A stretch of 64,000 bases of DNA. Origin: Octopus bimaculoides (Eukaryota). Numbering within the stretch: the stretch's first letter is position 1; every line of letters starts with the position of its first letter. Location: assembly GCF_001194135.2 (NCBI RefSeq), contig NC_068986.1, positions 31,439,187 through 31,503,186 on the forward strand. The letters are read 5' to 3'. The translations under genes and the position numbers were made by a program. Of this stretch, positions 48,384-63,129 are shown piece by piece. The notes beneath the pieces were generated by a model. It did not search any database. It was given only the letters and a program-made list of their open reading frames with translations, and was not told where the DNA came from.

Positions 48384-51300
48384 CTGAAAAGAGAGAGAGA
48401 AAAACAACAGTTAGAATATGGACATCGTGTAATTAGCTTTGAAAACAAAATCTCCAACTTGATATCTTCCGTAACAAAAATAAACTTGCACTGAATGACC
48501 TGCACTGATAATACAAAACCATCATCATTATCATTAATTTGGTTCGATCAATTTTCGATTTTTTTCCCTTCTTCCAAACAATTACAGGTACAACATCAAT
48601 TTCCCCGGAACCTTTGTTCAGAAACTTTTCGTGATTACTTATTTTTTAGAACCAGGAGTGGTCACCTTGGTCGACACTTAATTGAACAAGTATCAAATTT
48701 ACTCAATCCTTTGATAGTAACCCATCCGAAACTGCTCCTAGTGCTGCAATACGTATTCTTTATTTTAACCCATTAATGTATAATGAGAGGTAGGGAGGAA
48801 GAGAGAGCAGGAAGAAGAGAATCTCTAGATGTTTGACATGCTAGAAATAGTAGTCAGATCCTCAATACAAAGCTAATATGAGACCAATGTTCTTGCAACT
48901 GAAAGTTATACATTTTGACCTCATGCCAGTACGGAAGGTGGATGCTAAACGACGATGAAGTAGACGAAGTGGAAGAGAGAAAATAATGAGAAGCTGAAGT
49001 TATTTGAACTATTTCAATGAAAAATACCTACCATCACTTGGTAGATCAGCAGGAGGGCCAGCATCAGGAGCCTGCAAAAGAAATACATGCAAGTGGAATT
49101 AAAGAACCAAGTTGTGTACTTAATACAAGATATTACTGGTATGTATATAGAAACTGCTCATCTCTAAAACACCCCATAAAGTGGTTGGTGTTAGGATGAG
49201 CATTCAGCTGTAGAAACCATATCAAAGAAGACATTGGAGCCTGACACAGCTCTGCAGCTCATCAGACCCTGTCAAACCACTCGACCCATGCCAGCATAGA
49301 AAACAGATGTTAAATAATTAACAGAGTTACTCTTATTTACATTATTTACAATTGACGGATCTTTGTAATCATCCTTGTTGTGGTTAAGAGCACGGGCTAC
49401 TAACCCCAAGATTCCGAGTTTGATTCCAGGCAGTGACCTGGATAATAATAACATCGCAAAAATACCCTAGGAATGAGAACCCAGGTTTGAAATTTCCCCA
49501 AGATACCTGACTAAGGCTGGAGAGTATATCAGCTGAAACATTGTGTTAACAACAAATAAGATGAGGAAAAATATCCGTCAATTGTAAATAATTCCTCATC
49601 TCTTAAATATAGAACAAAATTACTCTTGAATTCTAATGCACATGCCATGATAAAATACACTCAGTACACTTTTGAAAAGCAGTTGGTAAAACAAGTAGAG
49701 ACAATTTAGGGTCACAAAGAGACCTTCAGCTGGCCCAAAGCCTTGACAGTTCTAATGCTGGTACCATGATAAAATGCACTAAATACATTCTAAAGTAGTT
49801 TGTGTTAAGGGCACCCAGCTAAAGGAACTATACAAAAACTGAGAGGACTAAGCATGATATGGTCCTCCAAACCATTCAGGTTGGCACTAACTTCAAATAA
49901 GAACTGACTCAACTAGGGTGACACCCCCTAACTCTAACTTAAGCAAGTATGGAAAACATGGTTCCAGGTTCAGTCCCACTGCATGGAAGCTTGGGCAAGT
50001 GTCTTTGATAGCCTTGTGCCGACCAAAGCCTTGTGAGTGGATTTGGAAGATGGAAATTAAAAGAAGCCTGTCATGTGTGTGTATGTGTGTGTTTCATCCT
50101 ACCATCACTACTTGACAACCAGTGTTGGTGTGTCTACATTCCCGTAACTTAGTGGTTCAGCAAAAGACAGAGTGAGTACTAAGTTTTTTTTTTTTGTTAA
50201 AAAAAGGGCCTGGGGTCAATTTGTTTGACTAAAACCCTTCAAGGTGGTGCTCCAGCATGGCTGCAATCAAATGATTAAAACAAGTAAATGAATAAAAGAA
50301 TAAAACCCATACAAAAAAAAAAATCAAATACACAGCCTGCTTACAATAGATTATTGATAATATCAACAGATTATTGATTAAAGTATTATACTTACATTAT
50401 TGACAACAGCCTGTGCTTCATCCTTTGTTATAGTATAAGGACTATTAGCAACACTTGTATTTTCACTGAAATTACAATATTTCAGAACATTTACCTTGCA
50501 TTGCTTTGCTTTAGACTTAATGCAGTTGTTACAATCAATGTAAGCACCAATTTCTGGCAGGGAAACCAGAGCATGCAATTATAAAAATCAAAACAATACA
50601 GGGTAAAAGATGGCACATATGTATCTTCTTGCAAGCTGTCTCTCATAAAAATGAAATATTTATATCAAAATCTCTCTCACACACACACAAGTTTTCCAGC
50701 ATATAAGATACATTTATTTTTCAAAAATTTACCCACCAAAAGCCCTTCCACACCTTATATGCTTATGGTCAGGCTTTGGGTAGACTCAGTGTTATTAATA
50801 ATGGATAATACAAGTGAAGGTCACTAGTGATATTTGGTGGTGGTAAAGTAAATATTGTAACTTAGCCTGTTATAATAGAATACCAAACAGCATCAGTCTA
50901 AATTTTCATGGTTCCTACACATGAAAATGTGCAAGACATTCAGTGAGAGGATTTTCTCAAATTACCTTCTGGTTGAATATATTTTGAAACAAATGATGAA
51001 AGTTATAAAGAAGCTATTTATCTTTGATTTCTTAAAATCATTGCACAGCAAATACAAAAAAGAGCCATTTGAGGTTTTGGATAGAAAACTCAAAGGCTGC
51101 CTGTGGGGCCTGAAACCTCATCTGTAAATATGACATTCTACCATTGGACCAAAGCATGCTATTTTACATTACTATTTATAACTTTGTCTACCTTTTCAGT
51201 TAGAGAATTTTCACATTTTCTAAATCCTTCTGATAAACAATACACACACAATCAAAAATGATGGACCAGTGATATAAGAAATAATCATTTGAATAAATAA

Positions 51301-52685
51301 TTAGAACTAAATTTAAAAAAAAAAAAAAAATCAATACAGGCGTGACTATGTGATAAACTTGCTATCTAACCACATGGTTCCAGGTTCAGTCTCACTGTGA
51401 CACCTTGAGCGAGTGTCTTCTACTATAGCCTCGTGTCAACCAGAGCCTGGAATGGATTTGGTAGATGGAAACTGAACGAAGTCTGTCTTATATGTATATA
51501 TCTGTCTGTGCGTTTGTTGCCCATCATAGCTTGACAGCTGGTGCTGATAGGTTTACTTTCTCGCAACTTAGTGGTTCAGCAAAAGAGACTGGTAGAATTA
51601 GTACTAGGCTTAAAAATAAATCGAGGATCAATTCCTTCTACTAAAACCCTTCAAGGTGGCACCTCAGCATGGCTACAGTCAAATGACAAACTAGTGAAAG
51701 ATAAGACTATAAAAAGCTTACAAAGAAACATTATCATGAAATGGATAAATGTTCTAAATTCTGTAGAATTTAATAGATTCTCAATAAAACAATAAATGCA
51801 TACCATCGAATTCCCTCAGCATCAGTCATTTTATTCATCAGTTTCTCCCATTGTTCATGAGTCTCAGTAACAATTTTCAGAGCATAAGCCTACAAAAAAA
51901 GACATTGACAAATTGTAACTTTATTTTTTTAACTCTTTAGCATTTAAACCAACCATAACCAGCCAAAACAGGTTAGATGAAACATATTTGAGGCAGGCTT
52001 TCTATGGTCAGCTGCTCTTCTGTTGTCAATTCCCACTTGTTTCTCTACGGTTTCTTTTATTTCATTGCATTAATCTGCACATGTCTGTAGAATTACAAGG
52101 ACATTCATTTATTAGGAAATGTAAACAATATCACTTTTTTTGCTCAGATTGTGAATGGCAATTTCACATGTCCTCATTAACAATAAATATACATATTATT
52201 ATAAATGTCTTCTTGCCTTGATAATATGATACTTGTAAATGAGTGTTGCTCTCATTTCTACAGAAAATGGAAAGCAAATGACACCAATTGTATGAGAGCA
52301 ATGTCTGACCATAGGAAAGAGTACTTTGCCTGAAAACAGGTGGGGGTTGGTAGGAGAAAAGAGCCATAGGAAATCTACCTGCCTCAACAAATTTCATCCA
52401 ACCCACATATGCATGGGAAAGTGAATGTTAAAATCAAAGTGATGATGGTAAAACATACATATATAAAGTACAAATTTACAGAAATCAAAAGACGAAGACG
52501 GATGTAAGAACAACAAACAGGTGTATTAGTTTAACGCTCAGGAAGAATGGAAAAGTCTTTTACATTTTGAGCCTACACTTTTCGACAGACAAGATTAAAA
52601 GGTAAAAAAAAAAAAAGAGAAAATTTTTTTTTAAATGGAGTGAGAAAGAAAAGGTGTAGAGATTAACGGTTCAACATGATGCCTA

Positions 52686-52742
<57 letters not shown>

Positions 52743-55700
52743 ATATGGCTGTGCGATGAAGCTGCTTGCTTTCCAGCCATGTGTGTATATGAAAAAAAGC
52801 ATTCCATTTAATAAAATAATCTGAGTGAGTTATAAAACAGTAACAACTGAAACAAAACATGAAAAAGTGAAGGTCAATGAAGGTTTACCTTGTTTTTAGC
52901 TTCTCCATTGAAAGCAAACTGATTTTCTTGTTTTCCATCAGGCACTTTATAGTAACGGAACCATTCATAGGTTGCCTAAGGAAATATTAAAATATTAAGT
53001 TGTTCAGGTGTCTAACAAAGGTGATGCAAAAGACAAAGATAGTCCTAAAATGTTTATTTTGAAGATTAATGACAATTCAGAAACCTTATTATTATTATTA
53101 ACAACAGATATATAACTTGACTTATTGGAACAACTCTCAATAGCCTCTATTTTAATCCATTTACGCAATGAAGAGCTTCTGATCTAAGAGAGGTAACTCT
53201 ACAATTCAATGTAGCGTTTTCATTAAATTCCTTAGCTACTATAAAAAAGAAATTATTTAAAACTTGAAAAAGCCATGAAAAGGAGAAAATCTTAAGAAAT
53301 TATTTGTTGATGTTTGTTCATGTCTACCAAAACAGATAGTTCATGGAGTGCATGCAGGAGAGCAAGAATCCAAACAATAATGTATCGATTCATTCTTAAA
53401 ACATTCTAACAGACTGATATTAAATATCTGAATATTTACTGCCGTTACAGGATGCATTTTTTTCAACCATAAATGCTTTATTTAGGCTTGTTTGTATTTC
53501 CAATGTGGAATATGTATTCCAAATTACAATCAACCAAAAACACTTTTTCAAATGATTACTACATCATCAATGCTAAAATATATTTACAGAATTAAGTCTC
53601 AACCTACCTTTAAAAATCCAGGCATTGATTTTTCTATGTCTTCAACATCTAAAACACAAAAGAAACAGAGATTAAGAGTAAGAACAAAAATATGAACATA
53701 GCTGAAATAAATAGAGATGCTTTGATCAATTCAGAAACTGCAAAAGCTATTCAGAGGTATTGCAAGCTCCTCTTCTGAATCCATTGCATTGTTGGAAATC
53801 TTTCCATATTATGAACAGGTCATAGGCATAGGAGTGGTTGTGTGGTAAGTAACTTGCTTATGAACCACATAGTTCCGGGTTCAGTTCCACTGCATGGCAC
53901 CTTGGGCGAGTAAATACCAGTTAAATAATAGGGTTATTCCACTTAAGTATTTACCATCTCCTTAAAATAAAGATTATAGGTGTTCTACTACAACAGCAAA
54001 AAAAAAAACAAAAAAAAAAACACCCTTAATTTTATGGGTCATTTTCAATTTTAATGCAGACCTCCATCCAAGTCACCATCACTCTAAAAATAGATATTGT
54101 TATTTATTTTTTATATATGCAAAATATGTGAGAATATTAATATGTTCCAATGATTTATAAAAATTGTTTAAATTTTTACAATCACCCTCTCCAGGCTAGA
54201 AACACATTTATACACACACAAGTATTAAATAGTCTTTAACAGAAAAAAAAAATAATTGGACAGAATACAGTGCCATAAAATCAGCAAAAATAATTCTAAA
54301 ACTTACCATTTAAATCACTGGCTAATGGATCGGTAACATCAATAGCTAGAACTTTCCAATCAGTCTCTCCTGAAATTAAAGAAATAAAAAGGGATCAACT
54401 TACTATAGTTTCCAGTATTAAAAATTTTGTCAGCAACAGAATACCAGATCCTCAACTGTATATGTTGAAACTGTATTATGCACCAATTTACATATCTTAT
54501 GAAATTCTGAACATGGCTGATGCCAGCGCCGCCTTGACTGGCTCCTGTGCCGGTGGCACATAAAAGCACCATTCAAATGTGGTCGATGCCAGCCCCCTCT
54601 GGCTCCAGTGCCAGTGGCACGTAAAAAGCACCCACTACACTTTCGGAGTGGTTGGCATTAGGTGCGCGCGCGCACACACACACACTAAAGAATGACCTCA
54701 GGAAGCTGAATCTTTTGGGCACCTGGCCATACTCAAGAAGACCCCTATTCCGCAGCAGAAATGCTAAGACCAATCCTTCTGTTGGAGTAAAGCACTCATG
54801 ACAATGCCATGTAAAAGCGCCCAGCACACACTGTAAAGCAGTTGGCATTAGGAAGGGCATCCAGCTGTAGAAACTTTACCAAATCAGACTGGAGTCTGGT
54901 GCAACTATGGTCACACCAGCCAACCTATGTCAGTATGGGAAACGGACGTTAAATGATATATATGGCTGAAATCAGTGTGGTAGACAAGTCACCAAAAAAA
55001 CTGAAAATGGTATGGTTTATCATCCACTGCTGCTCACCCAGGACACAATTTCTTATCTCTATTCCAAAATGATATTTTAAATACACCAACTCAATCCATT
55101 GTTTAGATTTTACAATATCTTTCAAAAGTGTTAATCTTCTCCAGCTGTCGGGAATTTCTCTCTTATTCAGCTTTCTCTGTCATATCACATTACAATTCTG
55201 TTTGCTTAATCAATATATTCAATATGTTGGCTGTATAGATCACATCAAAATGTTACATAGCTACATCTATACAATAGGGGGAATTCAAGTAGACCTAAAT
55301 GAAAGTTCACAATTAAGCTTTTGTTTCTCAACTATAAAAAAAAATTTCCCCCTTTACAAGAAGGTCTCTTCACAATGGCTTAACTGCTATAGCTCTAGAG
55401 CTCCAGTTTTTCTTTGTTTATAATCTACAGATTTTTACTCTTTAACTTGTTTCAGTCATTTGACTGCGGCCATGCTGGAGCACCGCCTTTAGTCAAATCA
55501 AATCGACCCCAGGACTTATTCTTTGTAAGCCTAGTACTTATTCTATCGGTCTCTTTTTGCTGAACCACTAAGTTACGGGGACGTAAACACACCAGCATCG
55601 GTTGTCAAGCGAAGTTGGGGGGGGGGGGACAAACACAGACACACACATTATGTCTAATTAAGAAACTGTTATAAATTTTAATTAATTTTGATAAAAACAA

Positions 55701-58244
55701 AACTTCAGACTATTCATTGAACATCAGGAAAACAAATATGGATGCAAGAAAGGAGAGAAACAGTAAAATATAAAATATACCTTCATCAATAAGGCACATC
55801 ACTCCGAGGACTTTCACTTGGATAACAGCACCTCGTTTGTGGATCTGAAGAATAGATTAATTATTGAAAACATGTTAACTCTATAACACCTAAATCATCA
55901 ATATACATTTTAAAAAATTTAGTCTTTTTCTAGTTTTCTGGACATTAAAGAGGATGTATCTCTTACACACACACACACTTCAGAGATTTACTTGTCTGGC
56001 AAGTGATTTAATCTGGGACTGTGTGTTGAAATTCAAATATTAGCCATTCAAAAATACAAAGGCTTAACTTCTCTTTAACATTTACTTCTTAGTGTCAAAA
56101 AAAAATGTCACACCAACTGTAATCTGGTCACTGACAGTTCTATTGCAACTCGGAGTTGCCTTTTTAAGTGATCTTATTCTAGATCACTTTAAAACCGTTG
56201 AGTTGGTATGATTCAACCAAGAGCAGTCACATGCAGTTTAGTATAAAAAAAGATTGACCTTTTAGCAATTAAACCAGCCATATCCAGCTAAACTGGCCAG
56301 ATCCAACCTCTCACACTTACCCTACAATATTATTCTAAAAATAAACAATTATGTCATTGAAATCTAAAAGTTACGAGGTAATATGTGACTAATTCAAATC
56401 AATATGAATAAATAAGCATTACATTTGACACAGAAATTTGAATGCTAAAGGGTTAAAATCAAGTCAAAATTTAATTTTTTTAAAACTTACCTTTGATCCA
56501 ATTTCACAAACATCGATTGGGTCAGAGTCTCCCTTAGTGTTTGTATCTGGGGTTACAAAATTTGGGTCTTCCCAGGTCTGCAAACAAAAGACAAATGGTA
56601 TTTGAACAAAGTTAATAAACAGTCATGTCAGGGGTACAGGTTCGATTCCCGTAGCCACCTGCTGGCAACTTTTGTCTTATAATGGTAAAATACCATCTTT
56701 CTGCCGTTTTCTCAGTTATACTACATTCGAAATTACCTACGTAAAATGTCAAAATATATATTATCTTATAATAATTCTGCTTGTTCTTCCATTACTTAGC
56801 CTGTCTATAATGCTTCCACAGTGATTGGTTGAAAGAAGGAGGGGTATGGAAAGGGAAGGGGCATATGGAGAGGGAGAGCTGGTGGTGAGTGAAATGTGTA
56901 ATTTTTTTTTAACTAAGTTTTTTTTTTTCCTGTTACTTATTCTACTGGTTTTATGTTAAAACTGACCTACCTGACAATGTCATTCAAATCATAAACAATC
57001 ACATCATCGAAATCTCAAAGCTATGATATAATGCATAATTAATTCAAAACAATGTGAATAAACAAGCATTAAATTTGACAGAATCTGAATGCTAAAGGGT
57101 TAATTTTTATTGACTGGACCCAGAAAGATGAAAAGCGAAGTTGACATTAGTGGGATCTGAACCAAGAACTACAAATACCATTAGAGTGTTTTGCCCTACA
57201 CTTTAATTGACCCAGTACTGGCATATACCAAATAATAGCTACGAGTCATAAGTAGGCAAACATCTTAGAGCACTTACTCTTGGCCTCGCATAATATCAAG
57301 GATTCAGCTGAACAGACAGGAGCAGCATGAAATGAAGTGCCTGGCTTTGGACAAAGTCTCTTGGTCCAGGAACTGAACCCACGACCTAAATGATTGTGAG
57401 CCTATCACCTTAATCACTAGTCTATGCATCTTGAAGACAAGCTTATACTAATAAGCTCAATTAATTTAATATTCCTTTGCTGGAAATGATTAGCATTTTT
57501 TTTTTTTAGCATTTTATTTAAAATACCATATCTAAATCACCAAGGTTTATTTATAGCTTTTAATTAAGTCAATAGTAAAGAGAAGAAGCAAGAACATAAG
57601 AGGTAAGAAGACGAGGCAAGAAGCAGTGTTTCAGATCCTGCTACAAGCATTATGTACAGAGCCAAGACACAGAGCCCTCAAAATCTGCAATTACAGAGCT
57701 TTAACAAGTTACCATACATGATCTAATTCACTACTGTCAACAGTAGCAACACTATAGAATTGATGAGTGTGCAAGGTTGAATTCGGTTATTCTTGCAGGA
57801 AAAATTATTTACAAGAATAATTTGGAGAAAAATTTTTTTTTTTAAATAACAAATATATCAGGAATTAAATTCTTCAAATGTTGCTGTATGAACAAAGAAC
57901 TGCCATAATTTCTCAAACTGATGGCATTTACGAGGTCAAAGATAAAATCATAGCACTAAAGACAATGAAAGAACCTCTACAGGATCACTTGAACTGTTAT
58001 AAATAGCAGCCAAATGAACACACAATAACCGAGAGAGAAAAAACTGGGTGTCACAGCTGGGAATTTTTTTTTTCCAGTTCTGCTGTGTAGTTAAAACCAG
58101 GGGTTAAACAAAATTATCTCTACTGTCACCACCATCTAGCTCTACTTGTTTATCCAACTGGATAGTTGGAAACCTGATACAATGATAATACACCAGATGA
58201 CAGCAGTCATGAATTAATAAATACAAGACACACACTATATGTAT

Positions 58245-58292
<48 letters not shown>

Positions 58293-61200
58293 NNNNNNNN
58301 NNNNNNNNNNNNNNNNNNNNNNNNNNNNNNNNNNNNNNNNNNNNNNNNNNNNNNNNNNNNNNNNNNNNNNNNNNNNNNNNNNNNNNNNNNNNNNNNNNNN
58401 NNNNNNNNNNNNNNNNNNNNNNNNNNNNNNNNNNNNNNNNNNNNNNNNNNNNNNNNNNNNNNNNNNNNNNNTATATATATAGACAGATAACAGCATAGAA
58501 ACACAAAAGATCAAATCATTCATTCATAAAATCTCTATATGCAACAACAATGTGACATGGCTGACCATTGTTCATTTAATCAATAACTCACTTTGTTTCA
58601 TTGACAAACCAAAAAAAAAATCCACTAGATTTAATGGAACTGAAGCAAACATTAAACCAAGCTGAATTAATTGTAAACTAAAAATTCAGATATAAATTCA
58701 AAAACCAAGGGATTGAGTCTTGAAGATTGCAGTTTAAGTAGCTTTAATGGGATTGAATGAAAAGACTTAGATAAATTGGAAGAAAGTAAGCAATAGATAA
58801 CACAAATCAAAGGGAGGTGCACAAAAGAGAAAATAGGAAAACTGAATCAGCTTCAGTGAACAACAATCCAAAAGGTTACAGAGCTGTTGATATCATCATC
58901 ATCATTTAACATCCATCTTCTATGCTGGCATGGGCTGGGCAGTTTGACCAGAGCTGGTAAGCAGGGGAGCTGGACCTGGTTCCAGTCTGATTTAGCTGGA
59001 TTTCTACAGCTAGATGCCCTTCCTAATGCCAACTATTTTACAGAGTGTGCTAGGTGCTTTTTATAAAATAATAAAGTCACTCCCATCATTCTGTTTTAAA
59101 ACATTCAATACCAATCCCTGGTTCTATGAAAATGTGATATAAATTAAAACCTTCCTTCATAATTTCTATGTCTGCAAACAGATAACACTTTGTATGACAG
59201 TAACATCATCATCATCATTGTTGTTTAACGTCTGCTTTCCATGCTAGCATGGGTTGGGCGATTTGATTGAAGACTGGTGAACCAGGTGGCTACACCAGGC
59301 TCCAATCTAATTTGGCAGAGTTTCTACAGTTGGATGCCCTTCCTAACGCCAACCACTCAGAGAGTGTAGTGGGTGCTTTTACATGCCACCGGCACGAAGG
59401 CCAGTCAGGCGGTACTGGTAATGGCCATGCTCAAAATGGTGTATTTTACGTGCCATGGACTTCTTTTAGTTTCCATCAAGTGAATCCACTCAAAAGGCTA
59501 TGGTCAACCCAGAGCAACAGCTGCTGACACTTGCCCAAGGTGCCAAGCACTGAGATTGAAAGCAAAAGCACATGGTTGCAAAGCAAACTTCGTAATCACA
59601 CAGCTACACCCGCGTCTGTTATACACACACAAACTTATATAGAGAGGTACATGTGAATATATACACACAAGTGCAAACACTAAGTACATGTTTACACATG
59701 TATGTAAAGAAAAGAAACCTGGAGAAGAGAGACAAAAAAAGAGACAGCCAAACAGACAATTTATAAAAGACGTAACAGCTTTCTTTCTGAATAGAGTTAA
59801 GGACACAAAACTGAACAATCAATCGATAAGGGTTGAGAATAAGGAGAGATGAATCAATGCAATGGAATTAAGTCAGTTTAATCCTTCATCAATCAATATT
59901 TTATGAAAGACTAATGAGGAGATTGCAAGGTGAATAAGAACAGAGTATAAAATAGATGAAAGGGATAAAGCAGATTGAATATGTAAAGACCGCATTATTA
60001 ATAATGAGCTAAAGTTTGTAATAAGTCTTAAATAGCTTATTGATGAATGTCTTATAATAAATCTCTTTGGATCTTCTAATAGCTACTTAACATTTCTTCT
60101 TTAATATAAGTGTACATATGAATTGACTGAGTCACAAGGGCATCAGTTTTCATTCTGGCTTTTTCTATCAAATGCAAATATTGAGAAGGTCAACAATACC
60201 TTTGAGTTTTTAAAAAACAAAGTACCTGTACTGAGATCGATTCATCTGTGTCCCCCACCATCTCTCTCCCTTTAATCTCCCACCATCTCTCTTCCTTTAT
60301 CTCCCCCCACCCCATCTCTCTCTAAAAAATCATTCATAGTCACACTTAAATAGGAATGGGCTTCACCAGGCTTAAAAAACACCCTAGATATGTCATAGGT
60401 TATGATTGCACCATTATAACTTCATCAGGGGTCAAGGATTCATGGCCAGGCAGTGTATTTAAGGCAGAGTGGCCTCATGCAAACAAGCCCTTCTATAGCT
60501 GGTAAAAACTGAACGCAATACAGTTGCTAGACGAAAAAAAATTTTTTACAGAAGGATGGTTATGTTGCATCCTCCAAAACAAAGCCAGATGATGAAACCA
60601 AGACAAATGCTGCCTAGCATTTTGCCCAGCTAATAATTCTGCCAGCTTGTTGCTTTATCTGTACATTATATTGGTATTTACCAAATGAAATCTCAATATT
60701 CATGCAATGAGAAATTACAAGCAGTTTAGTTCAGGTAATTTCAAGCAGATTAATAAACAAAAAATAAAATAAAAGAGGGGGGGGGGGCAGAGTGAGGACA
60801 TTATGCTATTTTAAAACTTAAAATGGTGTAATGAAATAAAAACCTTAGTTTTCTTTTCCATTTACCTGTGGAAATGCTCCATAGTTCCAGATATAACCAT
60901 GGTGAGGGAAAAGGTTCTTCACAAATCTCACTTTGCCATTCTTAACATCTTGTTTGATGGGATTCATCAGATCCTCTTTGCAGATCTATAAAAAAAAAAA
61001 TTAAATAAATTTGTAAACTTTTACGAGAATGTAACAATTTTTTTCCAATCTTCCATGGAAGGATGTCTGGGAAAATATTACTTTGCTTGAAAACAATTCC
61101 AAGTAGACAACAGAAAGAACATACAGCTGTAGAAAAATGGCTTCAATGAATTGTCTGACCTATACAAGCATTGAAAAGCAGATATTTATGCAATATCATT

Positions 61201-62007
61201 ATATACCTGCTTTTATATACTAGCACCAGTTGTACAGGTCTTCAAAATACTAGTTTTTTTTTTTTAGAGTTTTTTTATTTAGAGCTAGCACTCACTTCAA
61301 GGAGTCATGGACATCATCTCATGTTTTCATATTTGGCATCGTTTTTATAACTGGATGCCTTTTCTAACACCAAGAATATTACAGTTTAGATGTACATTCT
61401 ACCATGGCACCAATATGACAATTCAACAAAAATTAACAAACATAAACAGGCATGTGGTTAACAAGCTTTGTAAAGCATGTAATTTCAGGTTCAGTCCCAC
61501 TGCATGGCACCTTGGGTAAGTACATTCTACTACAGTCCCAATATGACTAATACCTTGTGAGTGAATTCGGTAGATGGAAACTGCATGGAAGCCCGTCAAA
61601 TGTGTACATGTGCTTTTGCATTTGTTCCCTCACCATCACTGCTTGACAATCATTGTTGGTTTGTTTATATCCTCATAACTTAGTTCCGTAAAAGCGACCA
61701 ACAAAATAAGTCCCAGACTTGAAAAATACTGGGGTCAATTTATTCAACTAAACTCTTGAAGGTGGTCCCCAAGTACGACTGCAGTCCATTGAGTGAAACA
61801 AGTAAAAGTCAAAAAAAAAAAAGACAAACTGTGATAAATGCCTAAAACAAAATCTAGTTGAAGGGGAAAAAAATTCTATAAATCAACCTACCTCCATCTT
61901 GTGGTTTGTCCATCGTGGAATTTCAACAACCATATTAAACTCAGTCTTGCTTGTATTTGAATATAAAGGAATATCATGGAATGGTGAAATGATGCCATTA
62001 GGACCAC
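48355..62007 (-). CDS. PPA1: Soluble inorganic pyrophosphatase, family I (5'-partial, 11 exons in window)
   Basis: Exons (minus strand): 62007-61892, 60985-60866, 56577-56491, 55844-55781, 54369-54307, 53648-53608, 52975-52889, 51889-51804, 50465-50396, 49071-49032, 48383-48355. All are GT-AG and phase-consistent, 803 nt to TAA. Motifs: [44 protein letters not shown] (PPase signature), [20 protein letters not shown]. Confidence 0.96.
49032..49071 (-). CDS. PPA1: PPase exon
   Basis: [13 protein letters not shown]; TTTTGCAG acceptor, GTAGGT donor. Confidence 0.88.
50396..50465 (-). CDS. PPA1: PPase exon
   Basis: (C)[23 protein letters not shown]. Confidence 0.92.
51804..51889 (-). CDS. PPA1: PPase exon
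   Basis: [28 protein letters not shown](C). Confidence 0.92.
52889..52975 (-). CDS. PPA1: PPase exon
   Basis: [29 protein letters not shown]. Confidence 0.95.
53608..53648 (-). CDS. PPA1: PPase exon
   Basis: [14 protein letters not shown]. Confidence 0.9.
54307..54369 (-). CDS. PPA1: PPase exon
   Basis: [21 protein letters not shown]. Confidence 0.94.
54520..54960 (+). mobile_element. Family C retroposon copy (decayed, multi-module)
   Basis: GTGCCGGTGGCACATAAAAGCACC modules, GGCATTAGGAAGGGCATCCAGC core and GGACGTTAAATGAT tail. Confidence 0.7.
55432..55647 (-). mobile_element. SINE family A, 3' half
   Basis: Near-identical to 18377-18590 and 19854-20060. Confidence 0.85.
55781..55844 (-). 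CDS. PPA1: PPase exon
   Basis: [21 protein letters not shown]. Confidence 0.94.
56254..56456 (+). mobile_element. piggyBac-like element family E
   Basis: Same TIRs and body as 27354-27581. Confidence 0.75.
56491..56577 (-). CDS. PPA1: PPase exon (active-site DxDPxD)
   Basis: [29 protein letters not shown]. Confidence 0.96.
59205..59460 (-). mobile_element. Family C retroposon copy
   Basis: Near-identical to 62285-62570 and 32082-32365. Confidence 0.8.
60866..60985 (-). CDS. PPA1: PPase exon
   Basis: [40 protein letters not shown]. Confidence 0.96.
61892..62007 (-). CDS. PPA1: PPase exon
   Basis: [38 protein letters not shown]. Confidence 0.95.
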
Positions 62008-62284
62008 CTGAAGAATAGACAGAAATTTAAGGCTTTGGATTATTAAGTAAAAAATCTCATATAGAAATCACACAAGGTTCAAGCTCGTATGACTGACACA
62101 ATTTATAGTGTTGTTACCGTTGTTTAGCTTTAAGCCAATCCTGAACAAGCAGACACTCCAGTCATGACCAACATATCTTTTTTATAAGTGTTATGTTGAC
62201 CTAATTCAACACAATGTCATCAAACAATATTCTAAAAATGCACAATCACATCATCAAACCATCAAATCTGATTTTTTTTTTTTC

Positions 62285-62570
62285 GTCGTTTAACGTCTGC
62301 TTTCCATGCTAGCATGGGTTGGGCGATTCGACTGAGGACTGGTGGACCAGGTGGCTACACCAGGCTCCAATCTGAATTGGCAGTTTCTACAGTTGGATGC
62401 CCTTCCTAACTCCAACCACTCCGAGATTGTAGTGGGTGCTTTTATGTGCCACCAGCACGAAGGCTAGTCAGGCGGTACTGGCAAAGGCCATGCTCGAAAT
62501 GGTGTATTTTACGTGCCACCTGCACAGGAGCCAGTCCATCGGCACTGGCAACGATCTCGCTTGAATGTAG
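62285..62570 (-). mobile_element. Family C retroposon copy
   Basis: Near-identical to 59205-59460. Confidence 0.8.
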
Positions 62571-63129
62571 AAATATATTTGATGAATTCAAAACAATGTG
62601 AATAAATAAGATTTACATTTGACAGAATCTGAATGCTAGATTTGATCTATTTCAACAGGCTATAGAGGATGAAAAGATGTAATTCTGAAGTGAACTTGGA
62701 ATTTCAGAATTACTTGAAAATCATGCAAAATTTGGAGAAAAAAAAAAGTGTCATATACTGTAATGTATCACTGGTAACAATTATTACCGCCCCCTTAGCA
62801 AAGGGCAGAAGTGTTGTTTTCAGTCATGTTTGTTCGTTTGTTTGTCCGTGGATAAGATATCTCAAAAACTGCTGGATGGATTCGGATGATGTTTGGCCCC
62901 ATGACTAGCATGAACTGATTAGATTTTGGGATCGATCCAGTACCAGACAAGGATTCTGGATTATTTTTCATGTTTTTTTTTAACTTCATTTTTGAGAGTG
63001 GTCAGGTTCATTCTTAGTATGAATGTTTGTGAGAGCAGTCAAGTTTATTTCAGATATTGCAAACTAGATTCCTCACTGACTTCTTTGCTAATGCTCATCT
63101 TATTTATTGACAGCATCTCTGTACATGGC

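Noticed and set aside
55845-62019. Identical 12-nt acceptor (TCTATTCTTCAG) at two PPase exons
   Set aside because: A short pyrimidine-rich match compatible with chance; no wider duplication.
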